A DNA stretch of 64,000 nucleotides, from assembly GCA_951406725.2 (NCBI GenBank), contig OX597821.1:42036001-42100000 (forward strand), given 5' to 3'. Below, in pieces: positions 27,407 to 41,055 of the stretch. This DNA comes from Octopus vulgaris. Lineage: Eukaryota. The first letter of the stretch is position 1; the number at the start of each line of letters is the position of its first letter. A program made the position numbers and the translations under genes. The notes under the pieces are model-generated. The model was given only the letters and a program-made list of their open reading frames with translations, did not search any database and was not told the origin of the DNA.

Positions 27407-27489
27407 ACATACTGATATGAATAATTACGACCAACACAAAATATAAAAAGACCTTTTACAGCACAGGCAAGAACGAACAATCAAATAAA

Positions 27490-27696
27490 CTTTTCTTCTG
27501 TAGGTACAAGGCCCGTAAGTTTAGGGAAGGGGGCCAGTCGATTAGACCAATACGCAACTGGTACTTAATTTATCGACCCCGAAAGGATGAAAGGCAAAGT
27601 CGACCTCGGCGGAATTTGAACTCAGAGCACACAGACAGATGAAATACAGCTAAGCATTTCGTCCGGCGGGCTAACGTTTCTGCCAGCTCGCCGCCT
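27490..27696 (-). mobile_element. Family A SINE
   Basis: Family A head and body. Confidence 0.85.
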
Positions 27697-27791
27697 TCGA
27701 ACAATTAAATAAGGATAAAAGGAAAATACCGGAACACCAGCCCGTTCAAAAGGAGAGAATATATATATATATACATACATACATACATACA

Positions 27792-27824
<33 letters not shown>

Positions 27825-27839
27825 GTATGTATATGTGTA

Positions 27840-27901
<62 letters not shown>

Positions 27902-27904
27902 TCA

Positions 27905-28265
27905 TGGTACTCCGTCAACGACGACGAGGGTTCCAGTTGATCTAATCAACGGAACAGCCTGCTCGTGAAATTAACGTGCAAGTGGCTCAGCACTCAACGG
28001 ACACGTGTAGCGTTAGGGTAGTTCTCGGAGAAATTCAGCGTGACACAGTGTGTGACAAGGCTGGACCTTTAAAATACAGGCACAACAGAAACAGGAAGAA
28101 AGAGTGAGAGAAAGTTCTGGTGAAACAATACAGGGGTTGCCACCACTCCCTGCCGGAGCTTTAGGTGTTTTCGCTCAATAGACACTCACAACGCCCAGTC
28201 TGGGAATCGAAACTGCGATCCTACCACCGGAAGGCCCCTGCCCTAAATACTGGGCCACTGCACTT

Positions 28266-28268
<3 letters not shown>
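27905..28268 (-). mobile_element. Family C SINE, near full length
   Basis: tRNA-like head, body and 3' tail; followed by a family B half at about 28322-28462. Confidence 0.85.
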
Positions 28269-28299
<31 letters not shown>

Positions 28300-28461
28300 T
28301 TACACACACACATATATATATACGACGGGCTTCTTTCAGTTTCCGTCAACCAAATCCACTAACAAGGTTTTGATTGGCCCGAGGCTATAGTAGGAGACAC
28401 ATGCCCAAGTGGGCACGCAGTGGGAGCAAACCCGAGACTATGTGGTCGGGAAGCAACCACA

Positions 28462-28499
<38 letters not shown>

Positions 28500-28633
28500 T
28501 GTGTATATATATATATATGCATATATATGTATACACACACACATATATATATATATGCATGTAAGTATATATATATGTATATATATATATATATATATAC
28601 ATATATATATGCTTACATGCATATATATATATA

Positions 28634-28703
<70 letters not shown>

Positions 28704-28746
28704 TGTATATGTATGTATGCATGCATGCATGTATGTATATATATAT

Positions 28747-28842
<96 letters not shown>

Positions 28843-29097
28843 GGGGCCATCCAAGCTGCGTCCCCGTAAAGCACATCTGCATATTCACATTAATCAAATG
28901 TATGTATTTGGATGTTTTATTTTGAACGAGATATACATAGCATTCGAAATTTCCAGTGAATTCTATTTGCAGAGTAATTGCATATCAAAACAGAAGACTG
29001 GGAAAAGGTTGGTGTATTTTTACCTGGAATTAAATTTATACCGAAATTTTCCAGTTTTCTCTTTTAATACACACACACATTGTATACATATTTACAC

Positions 29098-29140
<43 letters not shown>

Positions 29141-29169
29141 CATGCATATATATATGTATATACATACAC

Positions 29170-29208
<39 letters not shown>

Positions 29209-29244
29209 CATGCATATATATATGTATATACATACACGTATATA

Positions 29245-29288
<44 letters not shown>

Positions 29289-29599
29289 CATACAATATAA
29301 TACATTAATAGTTCACAATACACCGGAGTTTGGAGGAGGGCTTGTACAAAAAATCACAGGTATATACAGGTGCGTATATGCATGTTAGTAGGTAGACATG
29401 AATACAAGCACGCATGCACGCATGCACGCATGTATGTATGTATGTATGTATGTATGTATGTATGTATGTATGTATGTATGTATGCATGCATATATGTATG
29501 AATATATATATCCTTTTCTACTCTAGGCCTGGTACTTAATTTAGCGATCGACGAAAGGATGAAAGGTAAAGTCGACCTCGGCGGAATTTGAACTCGGAA

Positions 29600-29800
29600 T
29601 GCTCGTTCGATTTGTTTTGCTGCGCCTCTGTTCTGTTTTTGTTTTTGCCAACGGATTTCCTATTTCTTCCTGAAGAGAAAGACACAATATGGTCTCCTTA
29701 TTCAATCGGAATTTGGTAAATTGTCGCTTTCGAAACACGTGTAGAATGCAATAAAACGATTTCTGTTCAATCTTCGTTCAACTCCATTTCTTCAATTCAC
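29600..29800 (-). pseudogene. Possible decayed mariner transposase N-terminus
   Basis: Fragments MELN..RFIAFY and FTKFR..SLQEE.G.P loosely resemble the mariner HTH region. Confidence 0.3.
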
Positions 29801-29956
29801 TAATAATATTAAAATTCAATTATCCGCACCAACGCATGGTTGCAACACCATATGGTTGTACCTCCAACCGTGCTGTCTTCTGCTGTGATTTTTGCTACCA
29901 AGGTATCGGTTAAACTTTTGATTAATCTGCAACAAGATTATTCATCTTTCTATTTC

Positions 29957-29985
<29 letters not shown>

Positions 29986-29992
<7 letters not shown>

Positions 29993-30220
29993 ACAATTAG
30001 TTCGTCGTCATAATAAAACTCAGAGTTTCGGATGCCGGGGCTGAAGTTTCCTCCGACATCTCATCAGAATAACTGATGAGATGCCGGTGCAGACTTCAGT
30101 CTTGGCATCCGAAACTTTGAGCTTTATTATGACAACCAACTAATTGTCACATATTGTATTTATATATAGATTCCTCTATTTTACATGATATCGAGGTCTC
30201 ATTTATTCTTTTGTTGCCAT
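29986..30220. mobile_element. Penelope-like mini-element with inverted (head-to-head) hammerhead pair
   Basis: Palindrome 29986-30154 centred on tcatcag-aataa-ctgatga; each arm has CTGATGA-stem II-C-GAAA-stem III; (TA)n on both flanks. Confidence 0.75.
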
Positions 30221-30257
30221 ATTATTATTATTAATATATATATATATATACATATAT

Positions 30258-30668
30258 ACGAGCAAAACGCCCCCCCCCCCACCGTCTAATGGACGGTGCT
30301 GAGTTGTCAAACATTTAAACCAAATTTTCTCAAAACAACTTGTCCGACCGTCCCATAGGTCTCCCCTTTGAGAAACACTGATATAACCTAAATTTGAGAC
30401 ACCAGTAAAAGAAGAAACAAAGATAGACATTTTTCTATTCCAAAGAAAAACGATTTTATTCACACAAATATGCAACCGAAGAGCTTAAAGTACCAGTAAT
30501 GATAAGGCTGTTGACTGGGAGAACACAATCGATTTTTGTAATTTTTTCAAGACTTATACACGCCCTGATACCGTCGATATCTACATATCAAATTTGAGCG
30601 CAATCGGCTGGAGGATGCCCGAGATCCTAGAAGACACACACAGAGACAGACAGAACGGATTTTATATA

Positions 30669-30669
<1 letters not shown>
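30258..30669 (-). mobile_element. Non-autonomous Helitron-like element, copy 2
   Basis: Both ends match 2776-3155; the middle segment differs. Confidence 0.6.
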
Positions 30670-30699
<30 letters not shown>

Positions 30700-31731
30700 T
30701 GTATGTATGTATGTATGTATGTATGTATGTATGTATGTATGTATGCATGTATTTATATGCAACGGTCTTCTTTCATTTTTCATCCATCCAATCTACTACA
30801 AGGCTATGGTCAGCCTGGTACTAAAGTAGAATATACATGCCCACGGTGACACGCAGTGGGATTGAACCAAAGAGTGCATGATTGCGAAGCAAGCTTATTA
30901 CCACACAGCCATGCTTGTGTATATCGAGTTAAATAACAAGACGTCTATCAAGGCAGAGAACATTGAGGAACATCATTAAATTTTAAACAGTCCCCGCATT
31001 GGCAACACAATCAAGATCCGTCGATTCCGGATGAGAATCGAAACCGATTTGCTGATACAATTTACATCCAGCTTATTGCATCAGTGTAATATATTCATCG
31101 ATAGAAAGAAAGGAAGATTATTTCTGACTTAGAAGAGATTCCGATGTTAATTTAATTCGTTTCCACTTTTAACGTCACTCGTAGTGGTATATTAGAGAGC
31201 AGCAGAAACGTCTGGAAATGGCGACTGTTACTTATCTAAATATCTCAAACATGTAAAAGCCATGACCAATGAAGACTACTGTTTGTGCTTCAACCAATCA
31301 GAAACTAGTATTTTCGTCTATCTGCGTTTTTCATCCTCCTTTGAGCCAGAAGAGTTAACCTTATTATAGAAAGTCTCTAACGAATACGAGCAAGAATTCG
31401 TGACTCCAAACACGTAAATATTCATTTAACGATAAACATAACTATTGCTACAATGTTTGGTTGCTTTACCTTGTTAGAAATACAGTTTTAATAAAGCGAG
31501 GAATATAATATAATATGATATGCTATTATATTATATAATATGTATGTGTGCATGACTGTTAAGAGGCGTCGAGCATTGGAAAACGTTTGGCAATGCTCGT
31601 TCCGGTTCTCTGCGTTTTGCGTTCAAATCCCGCCAAGCTCAACTTTGTCGTTCTTCCGGGTTCTATAAAAATAAAGTACCAGTCAAAAACTGGAATCAAT
31701 TCCACCTCTCTTTCACTCTGTGTGTGTTTGC

Positions 31732-31792
<61 letters not shown>

Positions 31793-32765
31793 AATCGGCT
31801 GAGCTGCACTGTAAGAAAACCGTAGTGAAAGAAATTCTCGCGATCACAACCTCCCCAAAACAATTATATTCATTATATTTGGCAATGGAAGAACGCGATC
31901 GCCGAGATTCTGGCAGACTATTCCATATTTGATAATAATGGCGTGGCTATTAATATATGTTGATGTTAAGGCGGTTTATGAACAGAATCGGTAGAGCATC
32001 GAGCAAAACGACCTGTTGAATTTCTTCCGGCTCTTTTCGTTCTGAGTTCAAATTCCGCCAAAATCAAATTTAGTATTTCATCCTTTCGGAATCGACAAAA
32101 TAAGTAACCCCCTCCCCTCAAAACTATAGGTCTTATGCCTAGATTAGTAACAATATGTGTTAGGGGTTAAGATGGAAACAGTTAAATGTCGGTGTAAATA
32201 CCTGGTGATATTTACGCTTGGAAAACGACAGCAGAGAGCTGGCAGAATCGTTAGCAGTCCGAGCAAAACGCTTAGCGGCATTTCGCCCGCCTTTATATTT
32301 TTGAGTTCAAATCCTACCGTAGCCAATTTTTGCTTTTCATCCTTTCGGGTCAATAAAATAAGTAGCAGTCAGATACAGGTGGGGTCAATGTAATCGTCTT
32401 ACCCCTTTTCCCCGAAATTGTATCTAAATTTGAAACGAATATTTACATACCGGCACTTATGCTATGAGTTCATATCCTACCAGTGGATCGATAAAATTTC
32501 ATATAACAAAATCAATTTAATTGTTTATCTCAAGGATAGTGTGGTGGGAGGGTTGTGAGCTGGCGAAATCGTGAATCGGACGAAATACTTAATAGCATTT
32601 CTCCCGGTTCTCGTTGTGAGTTCAAATAGTGCCGATGCCGACTTTACATTTCGGGGTCGATAAAATAAGTACCGGTTGAACACTGGAATCGATGTAATCG
32701 ATTCCCCTTCCCCTCAAAATTGCTGGCCTTGTACCAAAAATTAAAAAGAACTTAATCATATACAC

Positions 32766-33007
32766 CAGGGGTTCTCAACCATGTTTTGTTTGTGGCCCAT
32801 TTCGATTTCTATTTTAATCTGCTGGATCCCATAACCATTTGAAATTTAAAAAGAAAAGAAAACTTATTTTTATAATTATTAAATATTATTAGGAATTGTA
32901 TAAGAAATAGTCAAAAATATTTTGTGTATAGTAGAAGTATAACCAGTCTGCTGCTGATAAAATTTTAACATCAAAATCTTATATGGACCCCCTCTTAAGA
33001 ACCACCG
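32766..33007. mobile_element. hAT (Charlie-like) MITE
   Basis: TIR caggggttctcaa / ttaagaaccaccg; TSD not preserved. Confidence 0.6.
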
Positions 33008-33217
33008 ATCGTCTGCCGTCTCTGGCGTTGTATTGTAACGGGAGAAGTTAAAATCCATTCAGGTTAAGAGTGATGAGGAAGTGGAAATAATTATTTCTAA
33101 TCGAGACGCAAGATCAGAGATTTGGTGGGGTGGATTCGTCTATTATATCGGCTGATTTCTTATTTCATTGGCCCTGAATTGATTCGTCCATTACATCGGC
33201 TGATATCTTATTTTATT

Positions 33218-33632
33218 TATTTCTTTATTGCCCACAAGGGGCTAAACATAGAGGAGACAAACAAGGACAGACAAATGGATTAAGTCGATTACATCGACCG
33301 CAGTGCTTAACTGGTACTTATTTAATCGACCCTGAAAGGATGAAAGGCAAAGTCGACCTCGGCGGAATTTGAACTCACAACGTAGCGGCAGACGAAATAC
33401 CTATTGCTTTATTACCCACAAGGGGTTAAACACAGAGGGGACAAACAAGGACAGACATAGGTATTAAGTCGATTACATCGACTCCAGTGCGTAACTGGTA
33501 CTTAATTTATCAACCCCGAAAGGATGAAAGGCAAAGTCGACCTCGGCGGAATTTGAACTCAGAACGTAGCGGCAGACGAAATACCGCTAAGCATCTCGCC
33601 CGGCGTGCTAACGTTTCTGCCAGCTCGCCGCC
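33218..33632 (-). mobile_element. Family A SINE dimer with TSD
   Basis: TSD atcggctgatatcttattt at 33195-213 and 33635-53. Confidence 0.92.
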
Positions 33633-34337
33633 TTATCGGCTGATATCTTATTTCATTGGCCTTGAATGGATAAAAAGCAAAATTGAACCCAGCTAAATTT
33701 GAATTTAGAATGGTAAGATGTTCTAACATTTGGTTATTGATCGACTTTGTTGACAGAAGTAACAGAACGATTGATTTTTGAGTTTTATTTTTGATGTTAA
33801 GTTATGAATCGATTTAGCATTTCATCTCTGAGAGGGCAATAATAAAATACATAGCAATGATATAATTCTGTAGACGCCACCAAACGTTAGTTTTTAATTC
33901 CTGATATTTAAGCTCATCAAAATATGCTCATGCTAGACTCGAAGACTATTGAAGTCGGCAATAAGTAGTTTCAATCCTAACCCAGAGAAGCGATTGACCA
34001 ATAAAATATAATTATCGTGTATTATCTTGTCATTTCCACCACATTTTCTCGTTTATCCATTCTATTTTTGCCATCAAATCATATTTTTGGCGAAAAGTGA
34101 TCTCGAAACACTTTTGCTTTTAAGAAACAAAGCTAAAATGCTTGGTTGTATTTTTATAGACTACCACTACTACTACTACTACTACTGCTACAACAAGACA
34201 TAAGTTGAAAGATAGCGAACGGAACAAAACATTTCTAGATATAAATTGGAAACAATCTATATTCTTTATCTCTGGCACCGTCCTAATGAAACTTATTTTC
34301 GATTAATAAAGAATACACATACACACACATATGCACG

Positions 34338-34401
<64 letters not shown>

Positions 34402-34623
34402 TACACACACAGTCATACATACATGTATGTATATATATATATATATACATATATGTATATATATGTATATATATGTATACATATATATACATATATATAT
34501 GTATATATATGTATACATATATATACATATATATACATATATATACATATATATATGTATATATATACACATATATATGCATATACATACATACATACAT
34601 ACATACATACATACATACATAAA

Positions 34624-34659
<36 letters not shown>

Positions 34660-35597
34660 TTGCGTCATTGCCAAAGTTTTAATAAACAAGTCAATGAAAC
34701 GGTTTTGGTGTGTTTCCTTTCCACCGATCACCAACCACCAATCGACTGGCACCGAGATGAGACATTAATTACTAACGTAATTATCAATTAAGCACCGCTG
34801 ACGATATATTTAAATAATAAACAAGGTAGGTTTGATTATTTCTAATACCTTTAACTTTAGAGATAGCGAACTGAATTAGAGGCTGGTGTATGGCCAGCAG
34901 CTGTTTCTGAAAAAATAACCAAATATTAATCTCAAATTTTGGCACACGGCCAGCAATTTTGGGGGAGGGGGCAAATCGACTGCATCGACCCCAGTGTTCA
35001 GCTGGTACTTAATTTATCGACACCAAAAGGATGAAAAATAAAGTCGACCTCGGCGGAATTTGAACTCAGAATATGAAGACGGACGAAATGCTGCTAAGCA
35101 TTTTCCCTGCATACTAAACCGAGCTTTATTACAATCCAATTTAAGGCAGCGAGCTAGAAGAATAGTTAGCACGCTCGACAAAATGCTTAGCAGCATTTCG
35201 TCCGTCTCCATGCTCTGAGTTCAAACTCCGCCGCGGTCGGCTTTGCTTTTCATCCTTGGGGTTGATAAATTACATACCAGTTGAGCACTGGAGTCGATGT
35301 AATCGACTTACCCCTCCTCCGAAATTGCTGGCCTTGTACCAAAATTCGAAACCAATATTACAACCCAAATTATCTGTAGCGAGACCTAAAGGAATAACTC
35401 ACTGCTAACAAAGAATCATTCCACCCTGCATTACTTAATACTCGGTGGACTCAGACCTTGAGAACAAAGTGTACTTGTAGCTGACTCATTGCAATACCTG
35501 TTGCACAATACGAACTATTCATCCCATTCCAGCTAATTACCCTGTACGCTATTGACCCGGTCGCCTATGCAGCTAACATACGGTAATATAATATAAA

Positions 35598-35982
35598 GGC
35601 GGCGAGCTGGCAGAAACGTTAGCACGCTGGGCGAAATGCTTAGCGGTATTTTGTCTGCCGTTACGTTCTGAGTTCAAATTTCGAGGTCAATAAATAAAGT
35701 ACCAGTTACGCACTGGGGTCGATATAATCGACTTCATCCGTTTGTCTGTCCTTATTTGTCCCCTCTGTGTTTAGCCCCTTGTGAATAGTTAAGAAATAGG
35801 TACTTCGTCTGTCTTTACGTTTTGAGTTCAAATTCCGCTGAGGTCGACTTTGCCTTTCATCCTTTCGGGGTCGATAAATTAAGTACCAGTTACGCACTGC
35901 GGTCGATATAATCGACTTAATCCGTCTGTCTGTCCTTATTTGTCCCCTCTGTGTTTAGCCCCTTGTGGGTAGTAAAGAAATA
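35598..35982 (+). mobile_element. Family A SINE dimer with TSD
   Basis: TSD ggtaatataat at 35582-92 and 35983-93; the first unit has an internal deletion. Confidence 0.9.
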
Positions 35983-37536
35983 GGTAATATAATGCACCAC
36001 CTCAAAAAAGCAGAATGTTATAAAACTGAGCAGTGTTTCGTTAGTTCGCCATATTGAATTAGATTATATCTATGAGGAAAGTACTCTTCTTTAAGAGAGA
36101 GTGGTTTGACAATGGGACCGCAGTTCACCCTTGTAAAACATAGAATGCGGTATGAGCTAACAAAAAGGCCCCTTTCCGTGGCCAATTTGTCCTCTTATAA
36201 ATAGCCGTAAAATCTCCCTCTAATCACTTTCATGATCTTTAGAAAAGAAAGTGCTTGTTTTGCATAATGTAATCCAAGATAAGTCCCAAAATGGAATGGT
36301 CGTAGGTGGAAAGTATTTGAAAGTAGGTATGCTTTATTTGGGTTGATCTGAAGCTAGACAACAACCACAAACAACAACAACAACAACAACATCAGCAGCA
36401 GCAATATTGGAATGCTGCAGAAATCCAAATTGGGTAAATGTCTCCAGGATGTGTTCTGCAGACGTTTGGGAAATGACAAAATATCCTTCACAATTCAGCA
36501 AATATTGTCTTCTATAATTAAATGATTTCTTTTTGTCTGCAGTCTAGACAAAAGATTATTTGGTGAAGAGAATGATTTCGTCAATTATTTCTGTATATTA
36601 TCACAGCTAGTTCTTCTATGGAGAATAGAATGGTGAAAACTAAAGTTAATTTCAGTAAACTTTCAAGAGTGAGGAAAAGTAATAAAGTCGATACTGTTAA
36701 AGAATTAGGCACTTCCGTTGGCATTGTTTAAAAATAATGAAATAATTACCTAGCAAAAACCAATAAAAGGAATATTGAAGACGAAGTTAAATATTTATTA
36801 CTTTTCATAACAGAGTCAGCAAGTTATATCACGTTTACTACAAATATATCACCGCAGTTAACTATTTATATATAACTGCAGATTTGTTTTGTATTATAAT
36901 TGCCGTTTACATTATTATCGTTGTGAAGTTTGACTTCAGAAGATAAAAGAATAATAAATCCGCGCTGACCTACCACTAAACATGTTTCAAATATTCACTG
37001 CTGCCATTCGGTTTCTCCTTCATTATTCTCCAAACGACAGCCAGAAAGAAGGTACAAAAACTTAGAGGAAAAAAAAACAATTCTGTAAGTAATATCACTA
37101 ACATTCCATATTGTTTAGGCTGCATTGGTTACCAATAAAAGAGGCAATATATTTAAAAATTGTGTTGATCGCTGATTCTTGAACTTCTCAGGCCTTGGAG
37201 GAGAGGAATGGTGCTATACCATAAACTGAGCTTTCGTTTCTTCATCATTAAGATATACATACGTTTCATCTCCAGTCGCTAGATCGGAAAGAAAACCTGT
37301 CTTCTACCCAAAATGTTTTCCACCATCTTTAATGCGTTGTGACCACAGTCCAGTTGCATAGAAAACTCACAGATTTTGGTTCGTTGTCCACGCTAATCAA
37401 TTCGTCTGTTTGCTAGGGATTCGTATCGGTGGTCACGGTTGGAGTCCCCCCCCCCATTACCACTGCTTGCATGATTTCTTATCGGTGCTGGTCTCTTCAT
37501 CCATCTGTGCCTTTTGCTCTCGTCAATGGCGCCGCA

Positions 37537-37717
37537 AAGTCCAACAAATGGTTTTACTCACAGGTGCACCGTCTCGTTTCATGGCTTAAAACATTTGGAG
37601 TACCACCATCCCTACAAAATGGTTCACTCTTTCCCATCACTGCCCCACTAACTGTCCCTGTGCATCACACAACGTCCAAGTACCCTCACCTGCACACATA
37701 CATATGCACACACCCAA
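37537..37717 (+). mobile_element. Decayed LINE ORF2 fragment (CR1/L2-like), copy 1
   Basis: ~180-bp direct repeat of 41552-41733. Confidence 0.5.
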
Positions 37718-37848
37718 ACAAACAGCGGCTTTCTGTGTGAACGTTGAACAGCCTGCAACGCCACCGCTTTCGTCAAGAACTCAATGGCGGCATGTTGCTT
37801 CTGCTTTCAACCCATTCTTTGTCTGCAATGAAGAAGAAGAAGAAGAAG

Positions 37849-37879
<31 letters not shown>

Positions 37880-37905
37880 GGTGGTGGTGGTGGTGGTGGT
37901 GGTGA

Positions 37906-37977
<72 letters not shown>

Positions 37978-37991
37978 AAGAAGAAGAAAAA

Positions 37992-38051
<60 letters not shown>

Positions 38052-38297
38052 AAGAAAAGGAAGAAGAAATAGTAGTAGTAGTAGTAGTAGAAGAAGAAGA
38101 AGAAGAAGAAGAAGAAGAAGAAGAAGAAGAAGAAGAAGAAGAAGGACAACAACAACAACAACAACATCAATAAGAGTTACCAACAAGAGGAAAACATAAA
38201 TACTGTACCCACGTTTACAATTTGAACGGCCGATGTCAGTTAATAAAACGAAGAAAGTTAGTTCTACTTTCGTTTTACTTTCGGTACAACCCTCGCA
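37712..38297 (-). mobile_element. Mariner 5' end remnant split by microsatellites
   Basis: TIR-like cgagggttgtaccgaaagtaa at 38275-95; downstream on the minus strand KQKQHAAIEFLTK, resembling the mariner N-terminal QRAVIEFL motif. Confidence 0.55.
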
Positions 38298-38780
38298 TGA
38301 GAGGGAGAGAGAGAGAGAGAGAGAAAGTTTGTGTGTGTGTTTGTATGTCTCTCTCTCTCTCTGTATATCTACGTATAACACACATGCACAGGCGCGCGCG
38401 CGCGCAATTGTACATATTCTGTTTGCTACGTGAGGACATGGACGTCGACGGCATGATTCCAGTAACTGCTGACGGCGGCATGTTTCCGCAGGAAGTGGTA
38501 AATATTTACATTAGGGACGATGCTTCTTCCCTTCCTACCTTTCATCCACCCCTCCACCTATCCCTTACACTTTATTACGACGCCTCCGCCCTCACAACAT
38601 AAGCTCTAACATGCTTTCTCTGTCTCTCCCCTCTATCTATCTATCTATCTACCTATCTATCTGCTAATCTCTCTTACCTCTGACTTCAAAACTCTCGAAC
38701 AACTCGTCCACCATATTTGAAATAACTCGGATATTGATGGCGATTTTCAAATTTGACGTTCAAAAAATTCTCTTTATCTT

Positions 38781-38845
<65 letters not shown>

Positions 38846-38978
38846 TCTCACATACACGCATATACGCACTACGCACACACACACACACACGCACACTCTT
38901 TCTCTCTTAGTTTCCCTTTCTCACACAGGCACACACATAAACGCACTTTTCTCTTTGCCTGTTTATATCAAAGGGATA

Positions 38979-39032
<54 letters not shown>

Positions 39033-39080
39033 TATATATATATGCATATATATATACACATGCGTATGATCGTATTACAC

Positions 39081-39136
<56 letters not shown>

Positions 39137-39137
39137 A

Positions 39138-39189
<52 letters not shown>

Positions 39190-39220
39190 AGGAAGGAAAG
39201 AAAGAATGAACATAAGTTTG

Positions 39221-39256
<36 letters not shown>

Positions 39257-39485
39257 ACACACACACACACACACAAACACTTGCCAACTCTTAATATAAA
39301 CATGCATACACAATAGTTTTAAACAAATCTTGCCAAACTGTCCTTTTCCGACATAAATGGTCGTGTGCACTTGTCTGCAAGTGTTCATGTCATCTCCGTT
39401 GTACACGTAAGCATACAGGTATTGCTTTCTACAAATACACAAAAAAAAACATACGTAAGCAATTCCAAATACATATTCATACACA

Positions 39486-39954
39486 GACTCGCTACCAAAT
39501 GCAGATTGGTGAATGCAATTGTCTTCCCAATAACAACATATGGATGCGAGACCTGGACACTAAAGAAAGCTGACCAGAAGAGAATTAATACATTCGAGCT
39601 TTGGTGTTGGAGAAGACTTTTTCGGATTCCATGGACAGCGAGGCTCACCAATGGGGAAGTTCTTAAGCAGATAAGGCCGAAAATATCGCTAGAAGCTAGG
39701 ATCACCAAGCATAGATTGGCATATTTCGGTCATATTATGCGGAGAGAATCCCTTGAGAAGGACATCATGCTCGAAATGGTCAGTGGCAAGAGAGGAAAAG
39801 GCCGACCAAGAACCCGCTGGCTTGACACCATCAATAGTGATACGGGAATGGACATAGCCAATCTGAAAGAAGCGGCCCAGGATAGAACTGACTGGAGGAC
39901 ACTGATCCAACGAGTGACCGAGAGTCGACTTCGACTGAGCGGATAGAGAGAGAG
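39486..39954 (+). mobile_element. RTE (BovB-like) LINE 3' fragment with TSD
   Basis: Intact frame VFPITTYGCETWT..FELWCWRR..YFGHIMRR..LEKDIML..GRPRTRWLD..RLRLSG*; (GA)n tail; TSD attcatacaca at 39475-85 and 39955-65. Confidence 0.93.
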
Positions 39955-40171
39955 ATTCATACACAAATTACAAATGTACGCCTAAGATACTAATATAAAC
40001 ACATAACACAGCACAGAAGCAGCAGTTTTTTTTTCTTAAAACATGCATCTCCATAATTTACTGTAACTCTTCGTGGAGGAAGATTACATTTTTCATCAGT
40101 CAGTTTCAACCTAGACGAGGTTTCTCGATGCCAAACTTACCTTGACGCCATACGGTAAAAGTAAAGTAGAC

Positions 40172-40334
40172 AGGCGCAGGTGTGGCTGTGTGATAAGAAG
40201 CTTGCTTCCCGAGCACATGGTTCGGGGTTCAGTCCCATTGCGTGGCACCTTGGGCAAGTGTCTTCTACAATAGCCTCGGGCCGACCAAATCTTTGTGCAT
40301 GGATTTGGTCGACGAAAACTGAAAGAAGCCCGTA

Positions 40335-40335
<1 letters not shown>
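40172..40335 (+). mobile_element. Family B SINE (5' half)
   Basis: Family B head and body ending in (TA)n. Confidence 0.8.
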
Positions 40336-40394
<59 letters not shown>

Positions 40395-40463
40395 GTATAT
40401 ATGTATATATATATCAATACCAACTTCGCGGGATCCTTTTTCCATATATATATATGTGTGTGT

Positions 40464-40492
<29 letters not shown>

Positions 40493-40494
<2 letters not shown>

Positions 40495-41055
40495 GAGGCG
40501 CAATGGCCCAGTGGTTAGGGCAGCGGACTCGCGGTCGTAGGATCGCGGTTTCGATTCCCAGACCGGGCGTTGTGAGTGTTTATTGAGCAAAAACATCTAA
40601 AGCTCCACGAGGCTCCGGCAGGGGATGGTGACGATCCCTGCTGTACTCTTTCGCCAAAACTTTCTCTCACTCTTTCTTCTGTAGGCCTGCTCGCTTAGCC
40701 AGCGGGGTGGCGTCGTTTGAAGGCTAAAACAATTCGAAGCGCATTGTGACCAGCGATGTGTAGCAACATCTGATAGCCTGGTTGGTCACGTGATTGCGTG
40801 ATATACAAACATTTGTGTGTGTGTGGCCCGGTAGTTAGAGCAGCAGACTCGCAGTCGTAGGATTCGATTCCTAGACCGGACGTTGTGAGAGTTTATTAAG
40901 CGAAAACACCGGCAGAGGGTGATGGCGAACCCTGCTGTATTCTTTCACCACAACTTTCTCTCACTCTTTCTTCCTGTTTCTTTTTTTTTTTTTTTGTACC
41001 TGTATTTCAAAAGGGGCCAGCCTTGTCACACTCTGTGTCACGCTGAATGTCTCCA
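40493..41055 (+). mobile_element. Two adjacent family C SINEs with different tails
   Basis: Heads at 40493 and about 40822; tails differ (..ggtcacgtga versus ..gtgtcacgctgaat). Confidence 0.8.

Noticed and set aside
37564-37613. Minus-strand mini-exon reading GWWYSKC (fibrinogen-domain-like)
   Set aside because: Stop codon follows within four codons, and the region is better explained as the antisense of a duplicated LINE fragment.
40493-40570. tRNA-like sequence
   Set aside because: SINE head: continues into a multi-copy body and lacks a complete acceptor stem.
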